Under the pieces are notes generated by a model, which worked only from the letters and a program-made list of their open reading frames with translations, did no database searches and was not told the origin of the DNA. Positions 52,231-64,000 of a stretch of 64,000 bases of DNA are shown here, piece by piece (the first letter of the stretch is position 1; every line of letters begins with the position of its first letter). The DNA is from Hydrolagus affinis (Eukaryota): assembly GCA_012026655.1 (NCBI GenBank), contig JAAILG010000290.1, positions 1 through 64,000 of the forward strand, in the 5' to 3' direction. A program made the position numbers and the translations under genes.

Positions 52231-53459
52231 TGAAGACATATGAATAATTAGTAGAATTAGACCTGTAACGGTGAATGTTCCTATGGAGCCAAAGATGGTT
52301 TGAAACAGCTGATCCTTTTACTGGCCTTGCACTGAACACAAAGCAAAAAAGGGCAAAAAAAATATTGCAGGCTGGTGGGGGAATGTGATATGTTGGTGAC
52401 AATTATCACATCATATTTCCTTCTTCCACACCCTCCCCATTAAAATCAAACTGCAGGCAACATCTTACCTGCTGCGCAAGGTAACTACCTCTACTAGAGT
52501 GAATCACACCTATTAATTCTTGAACAGGTCCTGTTAACAATCACCCGAAACTTTATTCAAGGTTTGAACGAAAGCATTGGGCTCAAATTCCATTCTGTGA
52601 GGCTGGTGGTTTGAACTTTCCTGACCCTCACTTGTCAAAATAGTGAGTTATAGATATGTCAGGTTTCTGCAACATTCAACTGTTAGGGGAAAAACATTGA
52701 ATGCACTGTACAAACAGTACCTTTGCTCTCTTTATGCAAAATATTAATGATTAAACTGGCTTTGTGGTGAGTGAGTGGCCTCTGCAAACAGAGCAGAATG
52801 CTTTTGGATTTCTATTGACTGAGTTGAAAGAGTGTGCAATGCTTATCATGCCTGAATGTCTGAATTCACCTCCTTGACCCAATCATCTGACACGTCTTTG
52901 ACTGTGTTCATGGTTTCCTTGGAAAGCATTTCACTAAGAAGTCCACCAAGGAGAATAGAGACACCGAAGAGATTCTTTGTGCCTTTAAAAGAGGCACTGA
53001 ACCACTGAATACTAAACTCAACACCAGCAATCGAGCCTGACTATGTGCAGAGAGAAACATCTTATTAATATTTTTTCTCTTGAGGGCCAATGACAGAAGG
53101 AAATTCCTGCCTGACACAGTAACATGAATCTGAATACATTCCTATTTATTCAGATGAATAAAGTCAGTCTAAGTAGTCATGTAGATTTTATTGATAGGCT
53201 GATACACTTGCTTATAAGAAAATACAGATACTAAAGTTACAGGCCAGAACACAATAGAATGTCTATTCATTCCTAGCTGTACTTCCCTTTGCTTCAGGCA
53301 TGCTGTTTCATTTGTGTCTCAGAGGCCAAAAACTCAAATCACTTCTTAAAGCTATTACTGTATCAAAGATTGTCTTAGGGAATTTTTTTTTATCAAATGT
53401 CTATTTTACCCATACTCTAATTACACAAACAAGTGGTGACAAAGCATTTCTTAAAACCT

Positions 53460-55260
53460 TCAAAACGCAAAATACTGCAAAGGCTCGAAGTTTAAAACAA
53501 AAACAGAAATCGCTGGGAATACCAAGCAGGTCAAGCAGCATGTATGGAGAAAGGAAAGTGAGTCAATGTTTCAGGTCCATAACTCTTTGTCAGAACTAGG
53601 CCATGTTGGGAGGGTTTTAAGGTCTAACAGAGAGGGGGAGGCAGGGCAAGGAAGTCAAAGCAAAAAATTTGAAAATGTGGTAGAGGACAGGAGAAAAAAG
53701 GTTAAAGCGGTGCTTAACCTCGTGTAAAGACGTCATTACCTTTTCCCAGTTCCTCCGCCTCCGCAGCATCTGTCCTGATGATCCCACCTTTCACGCTAGA
53801 GCAACCAAAATGTCTTCCTTTTTCCTCAACCGAGGGTTCCCATCCACTATAGTAGGCAATCTCCACCCCATTTTCTGCACATCTGCCCTTCCCCCTTCTC
53901 TCTCCTTGAACCGTTGAACTAGGGTCACCCTAGTCCTCACCTTCCACCTCACCAACCTCAACATCCAATGAATAATTCTCTGCCAGTTCCAGCACCCCCA
54001 GTGTGACCCAACCACAAAACATATATTTCCCTCCTCTCCCTGCTCAGCATTCCAAAGGAACCATTCCCTCCATGACACCCTAGATCATTCCACTATCAGC
54101 ACTGTTTCTCTCCTTCCCCCGGCATCTTCCTATACCAGTGCAGAAGATGCACCACCTGCCCATTCACCTCCTCCCAGACCACTGTCCAAGGCCCCAAACA
54201 CAGTTTTCATGTGAGACAGTGATTTACGTGTACTACCACCACCACCACCAACAACAACAACTTTGATTTATGCCAGAGGGCGTCTCAGAGTGCTTCACAA
54301 TAACGGATCCTGGGCCTGAGCCAGTGGGAGGGGGAAAAAGGTGACTGAAGGTGCGGTTGATCAGAAAGGTCTTTACTCCATGCAAATGTGTAGTATACAG
54401 TTTATTACATTCATTGCTCATGTTGTGGCCTACTCTATGCTGGGGAGACCAAATGCAGATTAGGTGACTGATTTGCTGAACACCTCTGTTCTGTCTGCAA
54501 GCAATTACAACAACACCAACCACAAAATGACATTTATAGAGCACCTTTCATGTCGGAAGCACAACCCTGAGTTTCTGGTTTCTTGCCATTTTAACTCTCC
54601 TTCCCACTCACAGTCTGACTTCTCCATCCATGTTCTTCCATGCTGTTCCACTGAGCCATAGAGTAAGATCGAGGAACAACATTCCATCTATCTGCCAGGG
54701 ACCATACAAGCCTCTGGCCTCAATATTGATTTCAACAATTTCAGACCATAACAGCTCACCATCCCCTCCCCTTCCCCGTCTTCTGTGACTATTAGCAAAT
54801 CATCCAGTTCCCAGATACACCAGTGCCTTGGGATATCCTCCTGACATGAAAGGCCCTATACAAATGCACTTTTGTTGTTGTTATTGTTGTTTCTCTCTCT
54901 GGTCTGCCTGTTCTATTGGAATTCCCACCCACCCTCTCTCTATTTTGCATTATTAACACCTCTTCTCTCCATATTTCTTGCAATTCCTCCCCCACCATTG
55001 TTCTTTACCATTAATACCTCTTTAACCCATCATCTCCTGTCCTCTGCCTCACTTTCTCCTTTGTCTGCCTCTCCCCTCTCTGTTAGTCCTTAAAAGCTTC
55101 TCCCTCCAAACATGCCCCAGTTCTGACAAAGCATGATGTATTTACTTCACATCTCTTGTGACAAAGTGTCATAGGCCTGATACATTGCCTCACTTTCCTT
55201 TCTCCATAGATGCTGCCTGCTGAATGTTTCCAGTGATTTCTGTTTTTGTTCCTGAAACCT
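53460..55260 (+). mobile_element. 5'-truncated Penelope-like retroelement with inverted 5' pLTR and direct 3' pLTR
   Basis: ~53460-53660 is the reverse complement of the pLTR at ~55060-55260; RT C-terminal and GIY-YIG relic in between. Confidence 0.88.
53723..54751 (+). pseudogene. Penelope RT C-terminus, linker and GIY-YIG endonuclease (disrupted)
   Basis: CKDVITFSQFLRLRSICPDDPTFH...FFLNRGFP; LVLTFH; C..RRCTTCPF; VYYIHCSCCGLLYAGETKCRLGD*FAEH; VSCHFNSPSHS; GLNIDFNNF. Stops, frameshifts and two minus-strand L2-tail insertions (~54233-54375, ~54504-54557). Confidence 0.9.
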
Positions 55261-56107
55261 TCATTTGCTCTCTGCATTCCTGCCCTAAATTATACACTGC
55301 CACATACTCTGAATGGGTTCACTGCTCCTCAGTGGGAATTGTAGAAGAACAATCTACCCATTGACTCTGGCAAGATTTCTTTCTGCAAATCTTGCAGTTA
55401 ACCAGTCGAGCAATTTCTTGCTCACCCTCACCCAATATCTATAGAACTACTCATGTGTTTCTACATAATTGCTGAGCTTGTCATGTACATAGCTGGAATG
55501 GAGCCCTTGCTGGTCTTATTACAGTCAGTAGTGATAGATGTTGGAAATGATGGGGTGCAAAAATTATCACCCATTAAATATCACATCATTGAACATTCCA
55601 CTTTGGCTTGAACTGGTCTGTAGGTGTGGACTCAAAGTTGGGCACAATTTGGATGGTCTATAACAACAAAAGAAGCAACTGCTTGCATTTATATAGCTCC
55701 CTTCACGCTGGATAGCATCCCGGCATCAGTTTGTAAGCCTGCAGGAAACTGATTTAATTTAATAAAAATAATACTAGCAATAATAATTCTTTCATTTGGT
55801 GTAGTGTCAGGAGGACACCTCAAAGCACTTAACAGAATATGATGTAACGTGGAGTAGTTGTGTTTTAATGAGAGTAGGTTCTATAAATTAACACAAAATC
55901 GGCTTCAAAATGAAGGCTACATTGAAGCATTTGCCAAATTCTGGACACTGATATGCGACATAAATATAGTAAGTCTAGACCTGGGTGAAATTGTTTCACC
56001 CATATTTGTGTATAATGTCAAGTCTAGTGATTGGTAATCCCAGAGAAGTTCAGTACACTATATTGGCCAATTTACCTGTACAAATGTGTGTTAATCATTT
56101 GCTTGTT

Positions 56108-56790
56108 ACAACAACAACAACAACTTAAACTTATAAAGTCGGGAGGACGTCCCAAGGCGCTGCACAGGAGGCGTTTGACCCGAGCTGGGAGGGGAGTGTT
56201 CGGGAAGGGGTGAAACACGTAGGGGAGGTCGAAAAATTCGGGGGGGGAACAAAAGGCATGGTCGAAGAGGAAAGTCTTCAAACCGGCCTTGAAAGAGGAA
56301 AGGGAAGAGACAAGGCGGAGGGATTGGGGAATGGAATTCCACAGGGTGGGAGCGGAGAAACTGAAGGCCCAGCCTCCGATGGTGGGGCGGTTCGGGCGGG
56401 TAGCTTGGAGCAGGCCAAGTCCTGCTGAACGGAGGGTCCGGGTGGGCTTATAGGGGGAGAGTAAATCGGTTAAATAGGGCGGGGTAAGGCCGTGTAAGGC
56501 CTTGAAGGTGAGGACGAGGATCTTGAACTCGATCCTCTGGAGGATGGGGAGCCAGTGGAGACGGGCGAGGGTGGGGGTTATATGGTCGCGGAGGCGGGTG
56601 TGGGATAGTACACGGCTGCAGAGTTTTGGATGACCTGCAGCCTGTGAATGGAGGAGCTGGGGAGGCCGACGAGGAGAGAGTTTCCGTAGTCCAGCCGTGA
56701 GGTGATGTACGCGTGCACGAGTGTTTCGGCAGCGTGGGGGGTGAGATAGTTGCGGAGCCTGGCAATGTTGCATAGGTGGAGATAAGCGGT
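56108..56790 (-). mobile_element. Relatively young 5'-truncated L2 LINE
   Basis: [39 protein letters not shown]...APTLWNSIP...FKAGLKTFLF; CpG-rich; (TTG)n tail. Confidence 0.93.
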
Positions 56791-57279
56791 TATTTATCTA
56801 CATGTTACCATGTAGATCGCAAATATAAAGTCCTCCAATTCAGGAATCTTTGTTATCTAGAATCAGGGCCTTTGGGAGCTTGATTGATTGATCCCTGTGA
56901 GTTTTATATCTGGTCACTCAAGCAGTATTGCCATCATGATCTGCCTGTATTGAAATCCTGTGTGAGCAACACTTTAGCTATGAGCTCACCTGCTGAATCA
57001 ATTCAAGCTGTTTCTTTCCTGAGCCCGTTGTTCCTCATGTTCTCAAAAATTGTGCAGGAGTTTGCAAAAGAGGCTTGAACTCAGAGTCTTAATTTTAAAG
57101 GTGATTTCTCACAGTATCAAAAATAAATTTGAGAGTCATCTTCCAAATTTAGGTTGATTTTCAGACTGCTTTCCAAGATTTATGACAGCTTTTCAAAATT
57201 CCACACAATCTTACATTTCTCTGAAGAACGTGAGAAATTTAGGCCCGATCGGATTCCATCAAGTGTCAAGCTGTGGTAT

Positions 57280-57527
57280 GACAGGCAGGAAGGGCAAAAC
57301 CTTGGGCAAGTTTGCTTACTCCACACGTCTGATAATAATCCCTCAAAAAAATTATAAACTGTTCATTTCAAACCACGACTGTTTGTGGGACACAGCTATG
57401 CACAAATGGCTGTCGCGTTTCACCCACAAAATATATACACTTTACAGTATATTTACAGTATGTTCTGTATATTCTATACATCTAGAAGCACTATATCAAT
57501 TGCAAGATTATTATTGCTATTATTATG
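57280..57527 (+). mobile_element. 5'-truncated tRNA-SINE
   Basis: gggcaaaaccttgggcaagtttgcttactccacac...(ATT)n. Confidence 0.85.
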
Positions 57528-58277
57528 ATCCCAGATGAATGTGACAAAAAAAGAAATCTTTGTAAATAAGCCAAGAGGTTGTTGTTAGGTTTCAGGCCTA
57601 GTTTTGTAGCACATTTGTTTAAGCTTGTGGGTTCAAGCCCCTATCAGGATTTTGTACTCACCACTCCAATACTCCTTACTGATACACATTGTTGTATTGT
57701 GCTTCAGAAGAGACACTAAACTGAGATCCCGCCTGCCTGTTCAGCCACATTACACCTATTGAATAGTGAAGGAAGTTTCTCCTATTGACAACAATTATCT
57801 GGATAATATAGGTCTTTCTTAAGCGTTCTGAGACGCCGTCCAGCATGGAAGGCACTATATAAATCAAAGTTGTTGTTGTTGTTGTTTCTTCATCGGTGAC
57901 ATTCCTGTGCATAAATTGACCATTGCTCTCAGCTACAAAATACACAGTCACTACATTATGTCTTTGGAGTGCCTTTAGACATCTTCCCAAAAGTGCCATA
58001 TCGAATTCAAGGATTATTACTTGTTCATACCTTGTTGATTTTTGCACTTGTTCTCTTTCGAAAGGTTGTAATTTTCTTCTCAATATTGTTCTCCTCCAAC
58101 TCAGATCACAAGAGAAGTTCACATGTAGGAAACTGTTGATTGTTTTCAAATTAGCCTTCCAGAATGTCAAACGTACTGTTTCCCCTATTAGAACTTCCCT
58201 CATTGTATCTTAAATGCTTCCAGCGGCCTGACCTCTACCAACTTCCTAGTCATCCATTCCAGCTATTGACTAGTTGT

Positions 58278-58587
58278 GGAATTCTGTAGATCAGTGGTTA
58301 GATCACTCACCTTGCAAGCGTAGATCTGGGTTTGATTCCAGGCAGAGAATCAAAGGCAAGTTTCCTTATTCCACACACCTGATAATAATCCACCCCACCA
58401 AAAAATAATAAATTGGTCATTTCAATCCATGACTCTTTGTGGGACACTACTGTGTGCAATTGGTTGCTGTGTTTCACCCATAAATGTACAGTCAATTCAC
58501 TTTACAGTACTGTATAATCGGTGAAGCGCTTTGAGACGTCTAGAGGACATGAAAAGCGGTATATCAAATACAAGGATTATTATTACT
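58278..58587 (+). mobile_element. Full-length tRNA-SINE
   Basis: ggaattctgtagatcagtggttag...ggtttgattcc head, core and tail. Confidence 0.88.
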
Positions 58588-59396
58588 CTTTGTGTAAGGT
58601 CTGTTCTAAACTTGTCATTTACAATCCTGAACCAGAGACCTCATGTCATTTCTGTGTCTGAAACATATATAGAAATTCCTGATGTTATTAAAGCTACACC
58701 ACTATATTGTGTTTTACTTTTTCAAACCAGCATTTTGTTACTGCTCAATACTTCTTTGGACACAAATGTAATATAGAAAACTGACTGACAGGTTGAACAA
58801 GCATGTTCATTGTGGTTGTGAACATAAATGTGTCTGACACGAGTGTATAGTTTAAAAAGCACAGCCGATGTGGTCTTATTCTTCTTAGGTCTATCATAAC
58901 ATTTCTCTTTGGGATACCATATTTGAAATTTTCTTTCAGAAACTTCTGACTGTATGTGGTTTCTTCAGAGGAGAATGGAGTACAACTGGAAGCAGTATCG
59001 GGGGACAGGTAGAGGGACTAACCTAAGTGACAGTAACAGAGGAAATCACAGCTCCACCAATCCCCACGTTACTCAGCTTTTTAATAGTGGGCAATGTGCA
59101 CATAGGTCACTTGAGAGGGATATAGACTGTTTCAACATTTATTCTTTTAAGTTGCCTTACTTCCTTTCGATCTTAATGTTAAGTAACACATTATAAAACT
59201 TAAAGAGAGGCCTCCAGGCTACATTCAGGATGGATCTACGCCCTGTTCAAAAAAGCAATTACCATATTGTAGATATGGAGAATATTTTAGTCATTCTCGG
59301 TTCTCCTGTTGATACTGTAGTATCAGCAGACACAAAAGGAAGTCAGCAAGAGCCATGGTACGAGCAGCTCTGCTCCCTGCCTGAAGTGGGGCTAAC

Positions 59397-59655
59397 GACA
59401 ACAACAACTTGCATTTATAAAGCGCCGCCCCAGGTGGAGGGAGACAAGAAATTTCTTCAGGCACGTTTTGGATGAGCTGGATTTTTGTGGGGGAGGGGAG
59501 AAAGGCGAGGAGGGCGTTCAAATAGTCCAGCCAAGAGGTGACAAGGCATGGATCAGGGTGTCGACAGCTTTTGGGGTGAGGTATTGATAGATATGGGCGA
59601 TGTGGCAGAGATTGAAGAAAGAGGTGCTGTTGAGAGTCCGGATGTGGTGGGGGAC
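59397..59655 (-). mobile_element. Deleted L2 fragment
   Basis: Reverse tail acaacaacttgcatttataaagcgcc; LVTSWLDYLNALL...KIQLIQN. Confidence 0.75.
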
Positions 59656-59707
59656 TCACTACCTTGAGCTATTGAAATGGTTGAGATTGCAACCCGGTGA
59701 TCATGTT

Positions 59708-59853
59708 CAGTAACAGCCTGTTTATCCGGCACCCGATCAACTGTAACTTCCGTATAATCGGCATTGCAAAAAAAAAGTCTCCATTCGATTAACTGGAATT
59801 TATCCTGAAAAATGCATAAAAAATGTTTTGGGTGTGTTTTTGGCCGAGTATCC
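59708..59853. mobile_element. Left half of Tigger-like MITE
   Basis: TIR CAGTAACAGCCTGTTTATCCGGCACCC; internal match to 50382-50503. Confidence 0.75.
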
Positions 59854-59969
59854 ACCGGCTGACTCCACCAGCTGGCTGCCGGTCTGGGAAACCAGTGGCC
59901 GGGGGTGGAGCCGACTGACTCCAGCGGCTGGCCACCGGGTCGGGAGGCCATCCTGCATGGCGTCCACAT

Positions 59970-60572
59970 AGTGGTGCTAAACCTCTGGAGTGTAGAAAAA
60001 TGCTAAAGAGAGAGAAAAAGGTGTGATAGCTTTAGTTGCCATCGTAAGTTTCATCGTAACTATTACACTTACCTGATTTTCCATTACTCCCGAGGTACTA
60101 GAAACACAGCAAAAGGAAAATGGTGTGAGTTTCAGTCGTCAATGTACTGTTCCAATCAGCAAAGACTTACCTTTAGTTGATGGCTGAGGTGAAGCCCAAA
60201 GGTGATCAAGGTTGCAGGCATGGACAGGCTCCAGGTCAACTATTGAATAACTGAGGAGATCCCAGCAAAGCAAGAACCGACAGAAAGGAACCTCCTCATC
60301 AAACCTGCAAATGATGAAATGGAGTGAGAAAAATCATCCATAAATACAACAAATTGTACTGTCTCACAAAGATCAGTCAAACTACAACAACGATCGATTC
60401 CACGGGGCTCCCATTACCTAAGGTTCAGATTCTTTCCCTTCATCGCCACAGAGAAACACCATTGCACATGATTTACAATCCACCCGAAGGACAATTGCAG
60501 ACTTTCAGCTCTGAGCTGACTCAACCACCCACTCAAGGCAAGGGCCAGAACCAACTCAGCAAAGATAATAAT
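59970..60572 (-). other. Candidate spliced transcript segment with introns 60417-60305, 60170-60098 and 60072-60003
   Basis: Donors AG|GTAATG, AAG|GTAAGT, CAG|GTAAGT; acceptors ttctcactccatttcatcatttgcag, ttttccttttgctgtgtttctag, ctttttctctctctttag. No recognisable protein. Confidence 0.4.
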
Positions 60573-60573
60573 T

Positions 60574-62497
60574 CATAAGAACATAAGAATTAGGAGCAGG
60601 AGTAGGCCATTCGGCCCTTCAAGCCTGCCCCGCCATTTGATAAGATCATGGAATTAGACCTAACTCTAATTACCTGCCCTATCCCCATATCCCCTAATCC
60701 CTCTATTTTAAAAAAAAATCTATCAGTCTCAGCCTTGAAAATGTTCAAAGACTGAGCATCTACAGCCTTCTGGGGTAGTGAATTCCATAAATTCACGACC
60801 CTCTGAGTGAAGAAATGTTTCCTCACTCTGTTCTAAAAGGCTGACCCTTAATTTTAAGATTATGGCCCCAGTTATAGATTCTCCTACCAGGGGAAACAGT
60901 CCTTCACTGTCTACTTTATCCAGCCCTTTAAGAATCTTATATGTTTCAATAAGATCCCCCCTAATTCTTCTGTACTCTAGAGAATACAGCCCTAGTTTAT
61001 TCAACCTATCCTCATAGATCAGTCCCCTCATCCTAGGAACTAACTTAGTGAATCTACGCTGCACCCCCTCTATGGCAAGTATGTCCTTTATTAAATAAGG
61101 AGTCCAAAACTGCACACAATACTCTAGGTGCGGTCTCACCAAGGCCCTATACAGTGCGACAAGACTTCCCTACTCTTGTACTCTAAACCTTTTGCAATGA
61201 ACACTAACATGCCATTTGCCTTCTTAATTGCTTGCTGCACCTGCAAACTAACTTTTTGAAACTGGTGTACAAGGACACACAAATCCCTTTGTACACTAAC
61301 ACTATCTAACCTCTCCCCATCTAGAAAATAATTTGTTTTTTTTATTTTTGCTACCTAGGTGAATAATTTCACACTTCCCCACATTAAATTCCATCTGCCA
61401 ACTACTCGCCCACTCCCCTAGCCTATCTATATCTTATTGCAATCTTTTTGCATCATCCTCACAGCTGACTCTCCTACCTAGTTTAGTGTCATCTGTGAAT
61501 TTAGACACGTTACATTCAATGTCCTCATCTAGATCATTGATGTAAATTGTAAATAGCTGAGGCCCAAGCACTAATCTTTGTGGCACTCGAGAATGACCAT
61601 TTATCCCTACTCTCTGTTTTCTACCCGTTAGCCACTCTTCTATCCATGCTAATATGTTCCCATTAATCCCATGGACCTTGACTTTGTGCAAAGCCTTTTG
61701 TGTGGCACTTTATCAAATGCCTTCCTAAAATCTAAATATACCACATCTACTGGTTCCCCCCTATCCAACCTGCTAGATACATCCTCAAAAACTCTAAAAG
61801 CTTAGTTAAGCATGACTTCCCTTTTGTAAAGCCATGCTGACTCTGCTTAATCTTGTTATGGTCTTCCAGGTATCCCATAATGACGTCTTTAATTAAGGAC
61901 TTAAGAATTTTCCCTACCACTGACGTCAGACTAACTAGTCTATAGTTCCCCATGTTTTCTCTCCCACCCTTCTTAAATAGTGGAGTTATGTTTGCAATCT
62001 TCCAATCAATGGGAACTTTTCCAATATCCAGAGAATTTTGGAAGATTATAGACAAGCCATCCACTATCTCAGTAGCCACCTCCTTTAAAACTCTAGGATG
62101 CAGGCCATCTAGTCCAGGGGATTTATCGGTTTTAAGACCTGACAATTTATCTAAAACCATTTCTTTATTAATATTAATCTCCCTAAATTGCTCGCTAACA
62201 TTGTCTTCTTGGTTCCCCTCTATTCTTGGTAGGTTTTTACTGTCTTCTATGGTGAAGACAGAGCAAAGTACTTGTTTAATGACTCTGCCATGTCTTTGTC
62301 CCCTATTATAATTCCCCCTGTCTCTGCCTATAACGGACCCACATTCACCCTTGATAGCCTTTTCCTCTTTATATATTTGTAGAAATTCTTGCAGTCTGTC
62401 TTTATGTTCCTCGCTACTTTGCCCTCATATTCTATTTTCTCCCTCTTGATCAATTTTTTGGTTCTCCTTTGTTGATCCTTAAAGCTTTCCCAATCCT
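60574..62497 (-). mobile_element. 5'-truncated CR1-clade LINE (~1.9 kb) with frameshifted RT
   Basis: KSPGLDGLHPRVLKE, QHGFTKGKSCLT, LGPQLFTIYINDL, SKFTDDTKL, VRPHLEYCVQFW, FFTQRVVNLWNSLP; (TTCTTATG)2 tail. Confidence 0.95.
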
Positions 62498-62507
62498 GCA
62501 TGGAGTC

Positions 62508-62606
62508 ATGCATTAATTGTTTTTGTGTTTTCGGCCGAATATCTGGCACGCGCTTTAACCGGCATTGGCCAGGTTCCGAGGGTGCCAGATAAACAGGATT
62601 TTACTG
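62508..62606. mobile_element. Right half of Tigger-like MITE
   Basis: Ends gggtgccagataaacaggattttactg followed by TA; inverted relative to the TIR at 59708. Confidence 0.75.
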
Positions 62607-64000
62607 TATTTTTACTACTGAATTACAAGGTATACAGTCTAAACAGCACCATTTCCAGTTACTACCAGCAGACAAAATTGCCTGCCTCACTTTGCAATTA
62701 AATTGACTTGATTTACTCACTATTGAATATAAACATTGCCGCACTATTATATCACAGTTTTCTTAGTGCACAGCTATTGCCTGCTAAGGACAAAGCTTAT
62801 CATCAGCACTGCAGGTAACATTGTCAAACCAAGGCTTAAAACAATTTTCCCATGCTTCACTGGCTTGCTGTCACTGAGGCTTCGCCCTGTTTGAGAAATG
62901 ATACATTTCAATAGTTTTAAGCAGAAATCCTCTGAGGGAGCAGTGTTCTGAAGTGCAAGGAGCTGAGTATGAGAGAGAGCAAGAGAGAGAGATAATAAGA
63001 TGAAGGTGGTCTCAAATATCAGACTGCTGCCTTACAACAATAAAGCACTTGAATTACTATTTCCTGTGAGTGGCTACTGAATGTTGGAATTCACACCAAT
63101 ATCCCACAACTATTTGGGGATTTCTCTAACATCTTACCACAAAAAAATGGCTGCTTTCAACAACTGTTAACGTACCACTGCATGGTGTTGACTTGCACAA
63201 CATAAATTATAGCATTGTTAAGAGACTGCTACGGTCTGGATGTATGCTGGGTGGCAGGCTGACGCCAGCCGATAGAACCAAGAAGTCTTGGATTTAGTAA
63301 CACACTTGCATTTTGCAGGACTGTTATTTTATCCATGTACAGAACAGAAAAGGAATGAGAATTTATTTGAGTCACAGTGTAAATAACATGTTTATGGGTG
63401 TACGGTTGTTTTTCAACACTGTGAAATACTGGCATCCAAATTGGGACTGAATTTAAGAATTTTCCACAATTATGTACAATCTTAAATTTTACGGCAAATC
63501 TTTAGGCTATGACGAAAGGTATATGGGACCAGAAGTAGATGTTAAAGATTCCAAGGAACTATTTGAAAAGACAAATACATTTTTGCCAGTGTCCTGGCCA
63601 ACAATTCCCCAAATAAAATTGATCATTTACCACAAATTACTGAACACAAAATGATCGCCACATTAGCCAGCAAAATATTCAGTCATTACACTGTATGAAT
63701 GTATTCACTGTATACACTTCACGAATGCTGTGAAGCACTTTGACATCTATAAAGTGCAAGGATTACTCCCAAATACAATGACAAATCTGGTGCACTTTGA
63801 CATGGTCTGTGGTCACATAACTATTTCCGTGCTTTGCAATTCACAGGCATTTGAACTGCTGTGCTTAAATACTAAAACCTGGATCATCAATCTGCACTAT
63901 AGTCAGATGCTGAAACTTAATAAAAGTGCAGAATTTTATCCAGATAAACAGTCTTTTAAAGGGAGAGAAGTAAGTGCAACTTCAGTTATTGCTTATCAAA

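Noticed and set aside
56072-56773. 233-aa ORF as a host gene
   Set aside because: Frameshifted C-terminus of L2 ORF2.
2767-58360. tRNA genes (A/B-box sequences such as gtagctcagtggttagagc...ggttcgattcc)
   Set aside because: Each continues into SINE body and tail; these are SINE heads.
1-64000. CRISPR array, operon or prokaryotic defence system
   Set aside because: No regularly spaced repeat-spacer units and no gene-dense coding; the content is vertebrate-type repeats.

Overview
Repeat-dense, AT-rich eukaryotic intronic or intergenic DNA with one 100-N gap. The repeat set points to a cartilaginous fish, probably a chimaera or elephant shark (inference). It comprises a very abundant tRNA-derived SINE with an L2-type (ATT)n tail, Deu-domain SINE relics, L2 and CR1 LINE fragments, Penelope-like elements, Tigger/pogo-like and hAT non-autonomous transposons, and a Harbinger transposase relic. 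I recognise no intact host protein-coding gene, rRNA, true tRNA gene or CRISPR array; most track ORFs are chance or transposon-derived. Most notable observations: (1) many TACAGTA/TACTGTA motifs, three of them visible 5-bp insertions at TA inside known repeats, matching Tc1/mariner excision footprints; (2) three consecutive short canonical introns on the minus strand at 60.0-60.4 kb, lying between a facing pair of Tigger-like TIRs; (3) a minimal hammerhead ribozyme in a Penelope terminal repeat; (4) two SINE copies sharing a 59/60-identical 5' leader; (5) a fold-back inverted duplication at 39.6-40.0 kb. None is proven to be a new biological system. Boundaries of old repeats are approximate.
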